The notes beneath the pieces are model-generated. The model saw nothing but the letters and a program-made list of their open reading frames with translations. It was not told where the DNA came from and ran no database searches. This document shows positions 9,565-19,294 of a DNA stretch of 64,000 nt, in pieces. The stretch is taken from the NCBI GenBank assembly GCA_963745025.1, contig CAVUWD010000020.1:160001-224000 (forward strand), in the 5' to 3' direction. The stretch comes from an uncultured delta proteobacterium (GTDB lineage: Bacteria > Desulfobacterota > Binatia > JACPRU01). Position 1 is the stretch's first letter. Every line of letters begins with the position of its first letter. A program made the translations under genes and the position numbers.

Positions 9565-11040
9565 TCACAGCCGAATCGTCGCCTCGACGTAGCCGAAGTC
9601 CGCGTCGTTGCCCTTGAAGATGGCGCTCACCACGTCGCCGCCGAAGAGATGTCCGTAGTACGTGCCGATGGTGAGCCAGGCGTTCCAGTCGTAGTTGAGC
9701 GAGGTCTCGATCACGCGCATGAGATCGTGATGCCCCGAAGCGGGCCTGCCGGAGTAGCCGAAGCCGGCGTCGCGGTTCGAGACCGTGGCACCCGAGCCCT
9801 GATACCAGAGATCGTTCGCCTCGCTCAGCTGGATGTCGTGAAAGGCAGTGCGAGACATCAGGCCCGAGATCGGGCGGAGCAAGACCTCGGCGAAGCCGTC
9901 CTGGTTGTTCGAGAGGTTGTAGTAGGTCGAGTACGAGTAGATCCGGCCGGTCGGGAGAATCTGGAAGAACGTCTGGTGATCGCCGTCGTTCGGATCGTCA
10001 TCGCCGGACGTGCGGCCGTAGCCGATGCGCAGCCACGGCTTCCACGCCACGCCGGCGGGCTGCCATCCCGCTTCGAAGTCCCACGCCCACCCGTTGTGGT
10101 CGAGCTCTCCCCACTGGCCCTGCTGCACCACGCCCCAGGCCAGCGCTTCGAACGGGCCGGCGGCGGTCGGAAAGACCTGAATGTAGTGGCCGCCCTCGGA
10201 GTGGATCTCGATGTGCTGGCGGTCGAGCGCGCGCACGTCGAGCGGACGATTGTCGGTCTTCAGCAGGCCGCGGCCGTCGGAGTAGTAGATGTAGAAGAAG
10301 CGAGCGTCGCTGTTTTTCGCGAACTCCGGCCGCGTCAGGTTGAGCCCGAGGTAGCCGAGATCGATCTCGCCCATCTCCTTGTTGCCCGCCAGATCGAACC
10401 CGCCCTGCGTCGGGTGCGAGGCGAGCGCGGTCACGTTGACGGGCGCGCTCGTCCAGGCCGCCGTCACGCCGTCGAACGAGCGTCCGACGTGCGAGAAGCC
10501 GAAGGGACCGATCAGCCGCTGCGACAGCCGCAGGTTCTTCAACCAATCGAGCGTCGGCTCGCCCGTCAGAACCTCCGAGCCCTCGCTGAACTCGAAGCGT
10601 CCGCCTTTGACCGAGAGCCCATCCACCCAGAGCTGCTTCAGGTTCAGATAGGCCTGCTTGAGAAACACGCTCGCATCGTTCTGCGCCCGATTGTTCGCGA
10701 AGTAGACGGCGCCGAGGTCGAGCGCACCTTGCGGGGGAGGAAGGATCGCGTCGTTGGGCAGACCGAACAGCGCCGAGTTCTGGCCTTCCACCAAGAGATC
10801 GAACAGGTCGCTCTTCCAGGCGATCGCACCTCGGAGCACGGTGGCGCCGAAGGCGTAGTCGTTGTTCGCGGTGCCGCCCGGATCGAAGAAGTTGTGGAAT
10901 TCGCCGCGCGTCCTGAGGCTCGCGCTGACGCGGAGATTCGGCGAGATGTCATCGAGCGCGACCTCTGCGACCGCGGGCCGCAGCGACGCCGCGAGCCCCA
11001 GGTACGCAAGCGAGCACACGAGTCGTCTCTTCATTGTCAT
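9565..11040 (-). CDS. alginate-export (AlgE-like) outer-membrane beta-barrel
   Basis: signal peptide; LRTRGE, LKQAYL, GRSFDG, SGDDDPNDGDHQTFFQILPT...Y; C-terminal YVEATIRL beta-signal. Confidence 0.8.
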   Translation of the reverse strand: MTMKRRLVCSLAYLGLAASLRPAVAEVALDDISPNLRVSASLRTRGEFHNFFDPGGTANNDYAFGATVLRGAIAWKSDLFDLLVEGQNSALFGLPNDAILPPPQGALDLGAVYFANNRAQNDASVFLKQAYLNLKQLWVDGLSVKGGRFEFSEGSEVLTGEPTLDWLKNLRLSQRLIGPFGFSHVGRSFDGVTAAWTSAPVNVTALASHPTQGGFDLAGNKEMGEIDLGYLGLNLTRPEFAKNSDARFFYIYYSDGRGLLKTDNRPLDVRALDRQHIEIHSEGGHYIQVFPTAAGPFEALAWGVVQQGQWGELDHNGWAWDFEAGWQPAGVAWKPWLRIGYGRTSGDDDPNDGDHQTFFQILPTGRIYSYSTYYNLSNNQDGFAEVLLRPISGLMSRTAFHDIQLSEANDLWYQGSGATVSNRDAGFGYSGRPASGHHDLMRVIETSLNYDWNAWLTIGTYYGHLFGGDVVSAIFKGNDADFGYVEATIRL

Positions 11041-11223
11041 CCTACCCCCCCTTTGGTTCGAGACTCGCCCGAGCTCGGAAGACGGGTGCGGGCGTCGAGC
11101 CGGGGCAGCAGGCATACGAACGCAAATTAGCATACTTCGATCGGGTCCCGGACCGCGGTCTCTCTGCCGGCGAGAATCGCCCCTCCCTGCGTCGGCTCGA
11201 TGAGCCCCATGACGATCGACAGA

Positions 11224-11375
11224 ATGGTCGACTTGCCGCCGTTGGCGGATCAGCTGAAGCAGGTGTTTCTCGAACTGATGCGGAACGCCGTGCAGGCGAC
11301 GGATGCCAGCGGGTGCCTCCGGGCGAACACCCGGCTCGAGGCGGGCGTCGTCGTCGAGATCCAGGCCGAGCTCGG
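11224..11375 (+). pseudogene. histidine kinase HATPase_c fragment
   Basis: [44 protein letters not shown] resembles the N-box (QL.QVF.NL..NA.QA); no H-box or G-boxes. Confidence 0.55.
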
Positions 11376-11637
11376 ACTGCTTGTTCGCAACCGAAGCGGT
11401 CGCAGCGTGGATGAGCTGCCGACCGAAGTGTCGGATCGAGGCGCCGTGCGACGTTCGGCAGCTCCATCCGCGTCGCGGCGGATGAGTCGGGACCGAATGC
11501 GTGCCGAGACCAGCGTGCCGCTGCCGTCAGCTCGATCCGCGTATGCGTCGGACGTTGCCACCCCGGAGGTGTGTGGGTATAGTCCGCTGCGGCCGCGCAC
11601 CCGGGGAGAGGCATCAACGCGAGGAGGTTGTTCAGGA

Positions 11638-13299
11638 ATGGGATACATCCACGGTGGCAGGGTCGTAGCCCGAGCACTCCGCGCCGAGAACGTGCCGTTC
11701 GTGTTCACGCTCTGCGGCGGCCACGTGATGTCGATCTACGACGGCTGCCTCGACGAGGGCATCCGCGTGGTCGACGTGCGCCACGAGCAGACCGGCGGCG
11801 CACGCCGCCGACGGCTGGGCGCGCGTCACGGGGCAGCCCGGCGTCGCCATCGTCACGGCCGGCCCGGGCCTCACCGACGCCGTCACCGGCGTCGCGAACG
11901 CGCAGCGCGCCAACATCCCGATGGTCATCATCGGCGGGCAGGGGCCGCGCGTCTTCGCAGGACATGGGCGTCGCTCCAGGACATGAACCACGTCGAGCTG
12001 ATGCGGCCGATCACCAAGTGGGCCGTGTCGCGTGCCCACGGCGCACCGCCTCGGCGAGTACGTCGCCACGGCGTTCCGCATCGCGACGACCAACGTGCCC
12101 GGCCCGGTGTTCCTCGAGATGCCGCTCGACTTGCTGTTCGAGCAGGTCGACGAGATCTGCCGTCGTCTTCCCGCACGCAGTACCGCACCGAGGCCGGGGC
12201 TTGCGGGCGATCCGCGCTGCGATCGAGCGCGCGTTCGAGCTCCTCAGCGGCGCGAGCGGCCGGTGGCCTCGTCGGCAGCCAGCTCTGCTGGTCGCGGCGG
12301 CGCGAGGCGTACCCGAGTTCGTCGAGACGTTCGGGCATGCCGATCTACGTGAACGGGCAGGCGCGCGGCAGCTCGCCGCCGGGACGATCCGCACTTCTTC
12401 CTGCAGACTCGCAAGGACGCGCTCAAGAAGGCGGACGTCGTGCTCATCTTCGGCACGCCGCTCGACTTCCGCTCGGCTACGGCCGCGGCTCGCACATCAA
12501 TCCCGAGGCGAAGCTCATCCAGGTCGACCTCGACGGCGCGCGAGCTCGGACGCAACCGCGCCTGCGACGTCGGCATCATCGGCGACACGGGCCTGGTGAT
12601 GGAGCAGCTCACCGAGCTCGCCGCGTCCGAGGGCTACCAGAAGGCCGTCGCTGCGGCGTGGCTCGCGGACCTGCGCGCGCGACGAGAACACCAAGTGGGC
12701 GAAGATGCAGCCCGCAGCTCGAGCTCGGACGCCGCGCCGGTCAATCCGCTGCGCGTCTGCACCGAGATCGACGGCGTCGTCGACGACGACACGATCGTCA
12801 TCGGCGACGGCGGCGACTTCGTCGGCACGGCCGCCGATACGTGCTCGCCCGCGCGGCCCGGCCACTGGCTCGATCCCGGCCCGCTCGGCACGCTCGGCGT
12901 CGGCCCGGGCTACGCGATGGCGGCGAAGCTCGCGCGCCCGAAGAGCAACGTCATCATCATGTACGGCGACGGCTCGTTCGGCCTGAACGCGATGGAGTTC
13001 GAGGCGATGCGTCCGCCAGAAGATCAACGTCGTCGGCGTCGATCGGCAACGACGCCGGCTGGACGCAGATCCGCCGCGGCCAGGTGCAGCTCTACGGTCC
13101 GGAGCGCACGCCGGCGACTGCGCTGAGCTACACGCGCTACGACCAGGTGGTCGAGGCGCTCGGCGGCCACGGCGAGTAGGTCGAGACGCCGGAGGACATC
13201 CGGCCGGCGCTCGAGCGGGCGCTCGCTGCCGGCAAGCCGGCGTTGGTGAACGTGAAGATCGGCCGCAGCGACTTCCGCAAGGGCGCGATCTCGGTCTGA
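11638..13299 (+). CDS. thiamine-diphosphate enzyme (acetolactate synthase-like / 2-hydroxyacyl-CoA lyase family), heavily frameshifted in this sequence
   Basis: [49 protein letters not shown]...N; pieces lie in all three frames, with an in-frame TAG at 13177-13179. Confidence 0.85.
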
Positions 13300-13315
13300 G
13301 CTCGGCAGCTTCGCG

Positions 13316-14052
13316 ATGGACCGCACGGCTGGAATCGTCGTCATCGGCAACGAGATCCTCTCGGGGAAGGTCGACGGACACCAACTCGCCGTTCCTCGCG
13401 CGCGAGCTGCGCAGGCTCGGCGTGGATCTCCGCGCGATCAGCGTGATCCCGGACGATCTCGACGCCATCGCGCGGACGGTCCGCGACTTCCACGAACGGT
13501 TCGATCTGGTGTTCACCTCGGGCGGCGTCGGGCCGACGCACGACGACGTGACCATCGAGGGGATCGCTCGCGGCTTCGAGCGGCGGGTGATCCGCCAGCC
13601 CGAACTCGAGCAGAAGCTTCGTGACTTCTACAAAGAGAAGGTGAACGAGGCGCGACTCAAGATGTCCGAGGTCCCCGAGGGGGCCGAGCTCATCTACGGC
13701 GGGACGCTGGCCTTCCCCACGATGAAGATCGAGCAACGTCTACATCCTGCCCGGCATTCCCGAGATCCTGCAGTCCAAGTTCCTGGCGATCCGCGAGCGC
13801 TTCGCGGCCGATCCGTTCTACTTGCGTATCGTGTACACACGGGAAGGCGAAGGCGCGATCGCGCAGTACCTGAACGACACGCTTAGGCTCTTTCCCGATC
13901 TGCTGCTCGGCTCGTATCCGAAGATCGGCGATCCCGAGTACGTGGTCAAGCTCACGCTCGAGTCGAAGGATCGCGGTTACGTCGAGCGCGCGTTTGATCA
14001 CTTGCTGCGCATTCTGCCGCAAGGTTGTGTGGCGAAGACCGAAAGCCCGTGA
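13316..14052 (+). CDS. CinA N-terminal-like molybdopterin-binding domain protein (COG1058), two apparent frameshifts (~13375, ~13735)
   Basis: IVVIGNEILSGK..D.N, TSGGVGPTHDDVT, YILPGIPE, LGSYP. Confidence 0.85.
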
Positions 14053-14065
14053 GGAGGAAGCAACA

Positions 14066-14392
14066 ATGCGAAGATGGCTCGTGATGCTGGTGCTCGTATC
14101 GATGCTCGGAGGCGTCGTGCCCCGCGCCGGGGCGGGTGATTACGCTTCGGATGCAGGTCTGGGCACCGCCTGCGTGTTCATCAATCTGCTCTACATGCCC
14201 GCCAAGCTCGTATATGCAACGCTCGGCGGACTGACGGGCGGCATCGCCTACTTGCTGACCGGGCTCAACTACGACGTCGCCGATCGGATCTGGGCTCCGT
14301 CGCTCGGCGGGAACTACGTGGTAGTCCCCGCCCATCTGCGAAACGAGCAGACGCTCTATTTCAGCGGCTCCGTCGAAGAAGAGCAGAAGTAG
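14066..14392 (+). CDS. hypothetical exported/membrane protein
   Basis: GAGGAGG RBS, signal peptide, NLLYMPAKLVYATLGGLTGG hydrophobic core, host-like codon use. Confidence 0.75.
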   Translation: MRRWLVMLVLVSMLGGVVPRAGAGDYASDAGLGTACVFINLLYMPAKLVYATLGGLTGGIAYLLTGLNYDVADRIWAPSLGGNYVVVPAHLRNEQTLYFSGSVEEEQK

Positions 14393-14495
14393 CCGCGCTC
14401 CTCGCGGCGCGCTTGTGATCCTTCGACTACGGGGCGACGTTCCCCATATAGTTCAGTCGGAGCGCTCGGGCCGCCGCGAAGGAGGTGTCGTCATC

Positions 14496-15101
14496 ATGAA
14501 GGGGATTCTGACGGCGGTTGCAGTCGTCATCGTGCTGGTCCTTGCGTTTCTCGGATACAAGTACTGGGAGCTCCAGCAACAGGCGGCAAAATATGCGAAC
14601 GCCAAGGAGGTCGCTGCGGAGTCGATCGAGAAGGACGGAACCAAGTGGACGATCCATATGGAATCGGTCCTGATGCAGCCGATCGGCAAGGTCTGGACGG
14701 CGCTCCACCAGCCCGAGCGATCTCACGAGTTCATCGAGGCGTTCAAGAAGTCCGACCTCAAGAAGGAAGAGGGCAACAGCAAGATCGTCGAGTTCCAGGT
14801 CCAGGTGCTGACGCTGCCGCCGCAGACCTTCGTCGTCCATCTGACCTTCGACGATGCGAGCCACACGATGAAAGCCAAGGCGCTCTCCGGGCCGCAGGAT
14901 CAGGACGCAACGTATCGGCTGTCCTCGCTCGATGCCAACAAGACGCTGCTCGTCTACGATGCGACGGCTACCGACAAGATCTCCATGCCGTTGCCGCTCT
15001 CGCTACAGAAGGGCATCATACGCGAGCTCTTCGTGAACCAGGTCCGGGCGATCGAGAAGGGGATCGCGCAAGACGAGGCGAAGACCAAGGCTGCGGCCTG
15101 A
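14496..15101 (+). CDS. membrane-anchored SRPBCC/START-like protein
   Basis: GGAGG RBS; N-terminal TM; P..KVWTAL..PE pattern and long C-terminal helix; the fold call is inference. Confidence 0.6.
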   Translation: MKGILTAVAVVIVLVLAFLGYKYWELQQQAAKYANAKEVAAESIEKDGTKWTIHMESVLMQPIGKVWTALHQPERSHEFIEAFKKSDLKKEEGNSKIVEFQVQVLTLPPQTFVVHLTFDDASHTMKAKALSGPQDQDATYRLSSLDANKTLLVYDATATDKISMPLPLSLQKGIIRELFVNQVRAIEKGIAQDEAKTKAAA

Positions 15102-15284
15102 GGAGTGTCGTGAGTTGACGAGCGCTGATGGACGACGGCGACTCGTCCTCTTCACCAATCCCCACCCCCTGGCCCCCGTTCCAACCCACTACCCATCCGC
15201 AAGCCAGATCCGCGTGCCATCCGAGGAAAAGCCGCCGCCGCACGGTGCTCGTGCCATGACTGATCGCCCGATGTCAAGGAAAAA

Positions 15285-15332
15285 ATACTATATCTAGGGT
15301 GTCGACTCGCTTTTAGCCACAATATATGGGTT
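15285..15332. promoter_or_regulatory. tandem NrdR boxes
   Basis: ataCtAtATcTaGggt (15285-15300) and ccaCaAtATaTgGgtt (15317-15332) versus consensus acaCwAtATaTwGtgt; 32-bp spacing; TTGACA on the minus strand at 15277-15272. Confidence 0.75.
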
Positions 15333-15498
15333 TCGATCACGGCATCGACTTCAGCCAACGTCGCCCGATTCGACGCAAGGCGAGCTCGCGAAACCACAAC
15401 CCGCGAATGCTCTCCAGGTGGGCGGGGAAGCTCTGGCTCGAGTTCCGCGAGTTGAGGCGAGAATCGCCGCCCGCGGCACCGGAGCGAGATCACATGGT

Positions 15499-16556
15499 CT
15501 AGGCCGCGCGATCCTTGCGAAGCTCTTGCTCGAGGCGTAGCGCTTCCGACTCGTCCGCGTGCATGCCTTCCTCGGGATTCAAGGAGGCGAACTCGAGCAC
15601 GCCCATGTCCTTGAACGCGGCTTGGATGCGCTTCCCCCAGAGTCCGATGCTCTTCAGCGTCGGTACGATGCGCATGAACAGCGCGCGGCGATAGAATCGC
15701 AGAAGCTCGGATTCCTCGACGTAGCGACAACATTCCTCGGCGTCGTAATCGAGCCTCCGCCAGACTTCCTGCCCGAGGAAGCGATCGCGCAACAGATACG
15801 CTGCTTCGACGCAGAACTGCTCACGCTCGTCTCGCTCCTTGTCCGTCAGCTGCGGGTAGTAGTCGCGCAGCGCCAATAGGCCGAACGCCACGTGACGGGC
15901 CTCGTCCTGCATCACGTAGGCGTTGACTTCGCGCGCGGTCGGCTCGGTCGCGTTGTCGCGGATCGTTCCGAAGGCCCCGAGCGCCACGCCCTCGATCATG
16001 ATCTGCATGCCGAGGTAGGTCATGTCCCAGCGCGAATCGCGGAGTATCTGGCCGAGGAGCTGTGCGAGATGCGGATTCATCGGGTAGGCCAGATCGATCT
16101 TCTCGCGCAGATAGCGTGAGTAGTCTCGACGTGGCGGGCCTCGTCCATCACCTGGGTCGCCGCGTAGAACTTCGAGTCGATCATCGGTACGGTCTGCACG
16201 ATCTTGGCGGTGCACACCAGCGCTCCCTGCTCACCGTGCAGGAACTGGGAGAACTGCCACGCCGCCATGTGCCGCCGGACGTTGCCTCGTTCCTCCGCAT
16301 TGAGACGCTCCCACGTGGGGGAGCCGAAGATCGGCATGAACTCGTCCGGAACGCCGAGAGGATTCTCCATGTTGATCTCGCGCGTCCAGTCGATGCGCTT
16401 GCCGCTGTCCCACTGCAGGTCCTTGCCCTTTTGGTAAAGGTTGAGCAGCTTCTCGCGGCCGGCCGCGTAGTCGTAGTCGAAGGTCGTCTTCACCGAGTCG
16501 CTGGCGACGCTCCACGTTGGGTCGGCGAGCGCTTCGACGTAGCTCTGCATTTTCAT
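15499..16556 (-). CDS. ferritin-like diiron protein (AurF-like), one frameshift at ~16124
   Basis: SQFLHGEQGAL, QVMDEARHVE, IMIEGVAL..F, VMQDEARHVAFG (two EXXH diiron motifs); AGGAG RBS. Confidence 0.87.
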
Positions 16557-16590
16557 CGTCTCTCCTACGATATTCTGAGGTAAAGGGATT

Positions 16591-16619
16591 ATTGCTATTA
16601 CATCACACCTATTTGTCAA
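16591..16619 (-). promoter_or_regulatory. putative sigma70 promoter of the diiron gene
   Basis: TTGACA (16619-16614) followed by AT-rich TAATAGCAATAAT; -10 register imperfect. Confidence 0.45.
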
Positions 16620-16782
16620 ATCGCCGTGTCCTGGTACAGATGAAGTTCTCCCGTACCCGCCCGAGCACCTGCACCGGTTCTCGCTGCATGGCTGCGCGGA
16701 GCGATCGGTGCCACGTCGCTCGCCGCCGCCCTAGCCTGAAGATTCCATTGCGTCGCGGCCAATCCGTGATTAGCTGTAGCCC

Positions 16783-17634
16783 ATGAACGAATGGGTCAAG
16801 GACGTGACGGATGTGACCTTCGATCGGGAAGTCATCGAGCAGTCGCGGCGAGTCCCCGTGGTGATCGATTTCTGGGCGCCGTGGTGTGCCCCGTGCCGGG
16901 CGCTCGGGCCCGTGCTCGAGCGGCTCGCGGAGGAGCACGGCGGCGCCTTCGTGCTCGCAAAAATCAACGTCGACGAGAACCCGCAGGTCTCGACCGCGTT
17001 CGGTATCCGTAGCATCCCGGCGGTGAAGGCGGTTCACGAGGGTGAGGTCGTTGACGAATTCGTCGGCGCGCTTCCGGAGGCAACCCTGCGTCAGTTCTTG
17101 CGGGGAATTCTGCCGAGCGAGTCCGACCGACTCGCCGAAGAGGCGCGCAGCGCCGAGCATCGCGACGACCGTGACGGCGCTCTTGCGCTCTACCGCCGCG
17201 CGCTCGAGGGCGACCCGAATCATCCCGTGGCGCGGCTCGGCCTCGGCCGTCTGCTCTCCGATTCTGATGCAGACGCTGCGCTCGCCGAGCTCGATCGCGT
17301 TCTGCCAGCGACGGCAGAGCGTACGGAAGCCGACCGGCTCGCGGCGCGCCTGCGGCTCGGACGAGAGAACGGGCCCGGTGATGCCGAGCTTCGCGCACGC
17401 CTCCAGATGGAGCCGAACGATCTCGAGGCACGTCTCAAGCTTGCTCGGCTGCTGGCGGCGCGACAAGAGTACGAAGCGGCGCTCGCTCATCTTCTCGAGG
17501 TCGTCAAGCGCGACCGGAGCTACGAAGACGAGGCCGGACGCAAGTCGATGCTCGACATCTTCCAGATTCTCGGCTCCGCGAACCCGCTGACCGAGAAATA
17601 CCGCAGCGAGCTCGCCCGGGTGCTGTTCAGCTAG
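16783..17634 (+). CDS. cnoX: thioredoxin-TPR chaperedoxin CnoX/YbbN
   Basis: IDFWAPWCAPC, GIRSIPAV, TPR region, terminal YRSELARVLFS. Confidence 0.9.
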   Translation: MNEWVKDVTDVTFDREVIEQSRRVPVVIDFWAPWCAPCRALGPVLERLAEEHGGAFVLAKINVDENPQVSTAFGIRSIPAVKAVHEGEVVDEFVGALPEATLRQFLRGILPSESDRLAEEARSAEHRDDRDGALALYRRALEGDPNHPVARLGLGRLLSDSDADAALAELDRVLPATAERTEADRLAARLRLGRENGPGDAELRARLQMEPNDLEARLKLARLLAARQEYEAALAHLLEVVKRDRSYEDEAGRKSMLDIFQILGSANPLTEKYRSELARVLFS

Positions 17635-17643
17635 CCGGCAGCC

Positions 17644-19140
17644 TCATTTTCCCGCGTCGACTTCGAAAAACTCGCACACTCGAAACGGGGCGAGCAGCCG
17701 ATGGTTGGAGGTCGCGGAGACGCGATAGGAACCCGGAGCGGGGGCCCTCCAGGAGCTCACCCAACGACCGGGATGCTTCGCGTCCGCATGCACGCGCAAG
17801 ACCTTTGCTGCGACGCGCGTGCCGAGATGCCCCAGCTGTTCGACGCGCAACGAGATCCGCATCGATCGCGCATCGAAGGGATGTCCGCTGGCGCTGCGTG
17901 CGCCGATGCGGAACGTGATCGGTTGCCGCACGCGGTAGAAGGGCCTCGAGACCGTGACCGACAAGCTGTCGGCCTCGATTCGCAGGTAGTCTTCCGCTGC
18001 CCGGCGCATCGTGAAGCGCGGCAGCGGAGTCGACGGCGGCGGGGCAGTCGCTCGTCGCTTCTCGAGCAAGTCGACGACGTGCGCATGGACGGTCGGATCG
18101 GCGACCAGCATGCCGTGTGTCTGCGGCACGTAGAACCACTGGCCGTCGAAGCCGGTCGGTGCCGGTGCCTCGGCGCTGAAGCGCGGCACCGTTCCGTCTC
18201 CATCACTCTCGCTCTCGTTTGCATCGCGGTCGATCGACAGCGTCCCGTTCGGCAGCAAGCGTCCGATCTCGACCGTCGGCTGGCCGATGCCGACGATCGA
18301 CCGCGCCACCATCTGCTCATAGCCGGCGGTCGACCGGTTCCGAGCATGCCGATCGACGATGTCACGGTGGAATTGTCGGGCGCGCCCGATCTTTTGGTGC
18401 TCGAAGGTTGGGATGCGGATGTCGAACGGGGAGACCACTTCGCCGTTGAAGGTGCGGATCGCCGGGTAGCGGGGCAGCAGCTCATAGACGGAAGTCAGCG
18501 TGCGGGCCACCGGAGTCAGATCGTTCAGAGGCAATCCGTAGCTCTGAAAGTCGAGACCGAAGTACAACAGATCGAGTGCCCGGATGGATCCGAGAAACGG
18601 CGTACCGATGGAGATGATCGAGCGGATTGTCGGCCAGCCGCCCTCGATGTCGGCAAACGCGTGAGCGACGATCCCGCCCATCGCGTGGCAGACGAGGGCG
18701 ATTTTCGCGTCGCGGTTGCCGGACCGGCTCCGCCAGGCCTGCAGCCAGCCTTCGGCCTTAGTCGCTAGGCGGCGGGCGGCGACGCGCAGATCCCGCCGCC
18801 AGTCGTACGCGAAGAGTTGGAGGTTCTCGCCGAGGCGCAGCGACAGCTGCCTCTGCATCGCGCTCGCCAGCGCACCGTAGCCCCCCACCTTCACGAAGCG
18901 CCCGACGACGAGAATGTTCTCGAGCAGGCCGTCGGGCATGACACCGTCACCGAGATCGTCGAGCGACGGGTCATCGCCGCCGACGCTCAGATGCGCCAGG
19001 TCAGCCCCATGCCTCCGTATCCATTGAAGAAAAGTGCGCGATCCGTCGCCCCAAAAGGGAACGCCGTTATGAGCAAGACGACTGCCGAAGATTCCGGGTA
19101 CGATGATGACGAGATCACCGAATTTTGCCCGCGGGGCCAT
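17644..19140 (-). CDS. LCAT/lipase-like alpha/beta hydrolase with C-terminal beta domain; nucleophile Ser replaced by Ala
   Basis: IIVPGIFGSRL, FAYDWRRD, LVCHAMGG, IGTPFLGS, YELLP, DGDGTVP. Confidence 0.8.
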   Translation of the reverse strand: MAPRAKFGDLVIIVPGIFGSRLAHNGVPFWGDGSRTFLQWIRRHGADLAHLSVGGDDPSLDDLGDGVMPDGLLENILVVGRFVKVGGYGALASAMQRQLSLRLGENLQLFAYDWRRDLRVAARRLATKAEGWLQAWRSRSGNRDAKIALVCHAMGGIVAHAFADIEGGWPTIRSIISIGTPFLGSIRALDLLYFGLDFQSYGLPLNDLTPVARTLTSVYELLPRYPAIRTFNGEVVSPFDIRIPTFEHQKIGRARQFHRDIVDRHARNRSTAGYEQMVARSIVGIGQPTVEIGRLLPNGTLSIDRDANESESDGDGTVPRFSAEAPAPTGFDGQWFYVPQTHGMLVADPTVHAHVVDLLEKRRATAPPPSTPLPRFTMRRAAEDYLRIEADSLSVTVSRPFYRVRQPITFRIGARSASGHPFDARSMRISLRVEQLGHLGTRVAAKVLRVHADAKHPGRWVSSWRAPAPGSYRVSATSNHRLLAPFRVCEFFEVDAGK

Positions 19141-19231
19141 CCTCGACGTCTGCCGGAGAAGGTGCGAGGCGGAGATAGGGGAATCAGCGGGGAAAGTAAA
19201 CGAAAACGAGCGACTTTACCGGGCGGGAAGC

Positions 19232-19266
19232 AAAAAATTGGGGGAGGGACACAGTATCCCTCCCCC
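19232..19266 (-). terminator. Rho-independent terminator after the peroxiredoxin gene
   Basis: GGGGGAGGGA/TCCCTCCCCC 10-bp stem, 7-nt loop, T6 tract on the minus strand. Confidence 0.8.
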
Positions 19267-19294
19267 CGCGCCAGACATCGGTAGCAGAGCTACG

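Noticed and set aside
11790-13740. Dense frameshifts in the ThDP enzyme and CinA-like genes read as pseudogenisation or programmed frameshifting
   Set aside because: Roughly ten or more single-base indels fall in one block spanning two genes, while motifs and codon bias stay intact. This is the pattern of a low-coverage long-read consensus; read mapping would settle it.
15150-15200. MraZ-binding GTGG repeats
   Set aside because: The G-tracts lack 10-bp periodicity and no mraZ or dcw genes follow.
16110-16135. Diiron protein as two genes, or as an NrdR-controlled RNR R2 subunit
   Set aside because: One missing base restores HVE-x-YSRYL. The motifs are AurF-like, and the NrdR boxes lie at its 3' end, not in its promoter.
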